Positions 61,823-64,000 of a DNA stretch of 64,000 nt are shown here, in pieces. The notes below the pieces were generated by a model, which was given only the letters and a program-made list of their open reading frames with translations, was not told the DNA's origin and searched no databases. The stretch covers positions 32,001 through 96,000 of the forward strand of contig JBFWNW010000001.1 in the NCBI GenBank assembly GCA_050250855.1, given 5' to 3'. This stretch comes from Candidatus Babeliales bacterium. GTDB lineage: Bacteria > Babelota > Babeliae > Babelales > JACPOV01. The position numbers and the translations under genes are program-made. Numbering within the stretch: position 1 is the stretch's first letter; each line of letters starts with the position of its first letter.

Positions 61823-61983
61823 AACGGCTTTTAAGCCGTTCTTTCCCAGACTTCGTTAAAACTTCGTCGGGCAGGCTGCGCGGAATTCTTCGAAGCCAAC
61901 CCTACTACGCTAAAGCTTCGAAGGGTTCTACTTGCCATTCATCCCCAGTTTTAAAAAACTTGGGGTTTTCTGGCGAAGTAGAA
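61823..61983. repeat. Multi-hairpin non-coding element, possibly an IS200/IS605-type miniature
   Basis: Four consecutive hairpins; the last is ttctactt-gcca-ttcat-cccca...tgggg-ttttc-tggc-g-aagtagaa. Confidence 0.55.
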
Positions 61984-62055
61984 TAGGTTTGTATTTATAA
62001 AAAAATAATGTATGCAGAACAAGTGAATGCATTAAAAATTATTAGGGAGTTCTCT

Positions 62056-63024
62056 ATGAAAAAATTATTTACACTGTTTAGTCTCACAGTCATTATCCAT
62101 GGAACAAGCTTTAGTTCGGAAAAAGATAACAACAACTTTTTTGGTGTTCCTGAAGGGGCTCCTTTTAAACTAATACATGAAGCATGTTCAAAGATGCAGA
62201 TGAGAGACCTCAGCCCTGAAGAAAAAGAGGCTATGAAGAAAGCCTATACCATGGAGCTGAAAAAACGAGGCTTTGACGAATATGGCCTTACACCTTTAAC
62301 GCATGCTATCATAAAAGAAAAAGAAAAAAAGAAAATAAAAGTAGAAGAGTTGCTAGCAAATGGTGCCTCAGTCAATGCAGGAAATTTTCTAGATTTTACT
62401 CCTTTGCATTACGCTGCAGCTGAAGGTGATATAGAAATGATAAATATTTTAAGTAAGTATAAGCCAAATGTTAATGCTCAAGAAGCTAATGGCCAAACGC
62501 CATTGCATAAAGCTAAGGATGGCAAAACAGTAAAATGCCTTTTGAGTTTGGGGGCGGCTATTATTAAAGATAATGATTTGAAGACACCATTGCATCGAAA
62601 AATTCTGTGTAAAAATATGTATAACACTTTTGACGCAATAGAAGAGCTCATTGCAAGTGGCAAGGAAAATCTTGATGCTATATCAGAATTGGATAGTCCT
62701 TTGGGGATTGCTATAGGTGTAAACGACCTTGAAGTTATGAAGATGCTTATTAAGGCTGGAGCAAACGTTAATAAGAGAGGTAAAGATTTGACTCCTTTGC
62801 GTAAAGCTGTATCGCTGAAAAGAATAGCTATGGTACAATATTTACTTTCAAATGGAGCGAATGTAAATGATGGAATAGTTAAAGGAACAACTCCCCTGCA
62901 TTTGGCTGTAAAGAGCAAGAATAAAGAGCTTTGCCAATTATTATGTAATGCTGGTGCTGATACAACAATTAAAGATGAAGAGAGTCGAACTCCTTTTGAC
63001 CTTGCTCTTGAACATTGGCAATAA
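62056..63024 (+). CDS. Secreted ankyrin-repeat protein
   Basis: GLTPL, FTPLHYAA, GQTPLH, TTPLHLAV; GGGAG RBS. Confidence 0.92.
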   Translation: MKKLFTLFSLTVIIHGTSFSSEKDNNNFFGVPEGAPFKLIHEACSKMQMRDLSPEEKEAMKKAYTMELKKRGFDEYGLTPLTHAIIKEKEKKKIKVEELLANGASVNAGNFLDFTPLHYAAAEGDIEMINILSKYKPNVNAQEANGQTPLHKAKDGKTVKCLLSLGAAIIKDNDLKTPLHRKILCKNMYNTFDAIEELIASGKENLDAISELDSPLGIAIGVNDLEVMKMLIKAGANVNKRGKDLTPLRKAVSLKRIAMVQYLLSNGANVNDGIVKGTTPLHLAVKSKNKELCQLLCNAGADTTIKDEESRTPFDLALEHWQ

Positions 63025-63086
63025 AGAATATTTATGCATCAATCAGTAGAAACAAATTAATACATTAAAAACTATGAGGAGTTTTC

Positions 63087-64000
63087 GTGAAAAAATTATT
63101 TACGCTGTTGAGTTTTGCACTCATTATCCATGGAACAAGCTTTAGTTCGGAAAAAGATAATAACAACTTTTTTGGTGTTCCTGAAGGGGCTCCTTTTAAA
63201 CTAATAGATGAAGCACGTTCAAAGATGGAGATGAGAGACCTCAGCCCTGAAGAAAAAGAGGCAATGAAGGAAGCCTATGATATGGAGCTGCAGAAGCGAG
63301 GCTTTGATAAAGAGGGTTTGACACCGTTGATACGTGCTATAAAAAAAGAAAAAAATAAAATAAAAGTAGTAGCAAATTTTCTAGCAAATGGTGCCTCAGT
63401 CAATGCAGGAGATTTTCTAGATTTTACTCCTTTGCATTATGCTGCAGCTGAAGGTGATATAGAAATGATAAATATTTTAAGTAACTATAAGCCAAATGTT
63501 AATGCTCAAGGAGCTAATGGTAAAACGCCATTGCATTGGGCTAAGGATGGCAAAACGGTACAATGTCTTTTGAGTTTGGGGGCGCTTATTCTTAAAGATA
63601 ATGGTTTTATGACACCATTGTTTAGCAAAATTAGTTTGAATGAGACTGATGCGGCAAGAGAGCTTATTTTAAGTGGAAAAGAAGATGTTAATGCTATAGC
63701 AGGCCGTCATAGCCTTTTAACGCTAGCTGTACGTTTGGGAAATGAAGTAATTGTAAGAAGGCTTATTGACGCAGGAGCCAGCGTTAATAAGGCTAATAAC
63801 CATAAAGAAACTCCTTTATTTTGTGCTGTAGATGCATTTAGATATGAAAGCGGCTCTTGTAATCTTGTAAAACTCTTACTTTTTAATGGAGCAGATGTAA
63901 ATGGTGGTATTGTTAAAGGAACAACTCCCTTGCATCTTGCTGCACAGATCAAGAACGAAAATCTTTTCCAACTACTATGTAAAGCTGGCGCTGATACAAA
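63087..64000 (+). CDS. Ankyrin-repeat protein, recent tandem paralog (runs off the window)
   Basis: GAGGAG RBS + GTG; high nucleotide identity to the 5' half of 62056-63024. Confidence 0.88.
   Translation, partial: MKKLFTLLSFALIIHGTSFSSEKDNNNFFGVPEGAPFKLIDEARSKMEMRDLSPEEKEAMKEAYDMELQKRGFDKEGLTPLIRAIKKEKNKIKVVANFLANGASVNAGDFLDFTPLHYAAAEGDIEMINILSNYKPNVNAQGANGKTPLHWAKDGKTVQCLLSLGALILKDNGFMTPLFSKISLNETDAARELILSGKEDVNAIAGRHSLLTLAVRLGNEVIVRRLIDAGASVNKANNHKETPLFCAVDAFRYESGSCNLVKLLLFNGADVNGGIVKGTTPLHLAAQIKNENLFQLLCKAGADT

Overview
AT-rich bacterial chromosome window. Its gene content resembles an intracellular parasite of eukaryotes, with many orphan signal-peptide proteins, ankyrin, F-box-like and ubiquitin-like proteins, and fragmented atp and dcw operons. 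Ca. Dependentiae/TM6 is my best guess, inferred from style only. Housekeeping genes: tal, uvrB, M3 peptidase, recO-like, MscS/MscK, amidase, recD2, dNK, atpE-F'-F-H-A, tRNA-Arg(UCU), DEAD-box helicase, FKBP, rpe, groES/groEL, class I aldolase, ftsL-ftsI and lysS. An accessory tract of about 20 kb follows the tRNA. The strongest unexplained signal is a family of about 18 intergenic REP-like palindromes in 8 clusters. They share the core CCGTTCG-NNN-TGAG-[variable hairpin]-TCGAA-N'N'N', with covarying stems around tandem G-A pairs. Copies bracket a small GIY-YIG nuclease gene (61265-61551) in inverted orientation, and a gene-less deletion copy of that unit lies next to it. Copies also occur as doublets inside TIR-bounded MITE-like units, and in three cases one is inserted into another copy at the same position (^TCGAA). 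Together these suggest a GIY-YIG-associated REP mobilisation system, analogous to RAYT/REPIN. Other observations: a Na+-type ATP synthase c subunit and a recurring Met/Ser-acidic predicted mature N-terminus on secreted orphans. All calls are by eye; no searches were run.
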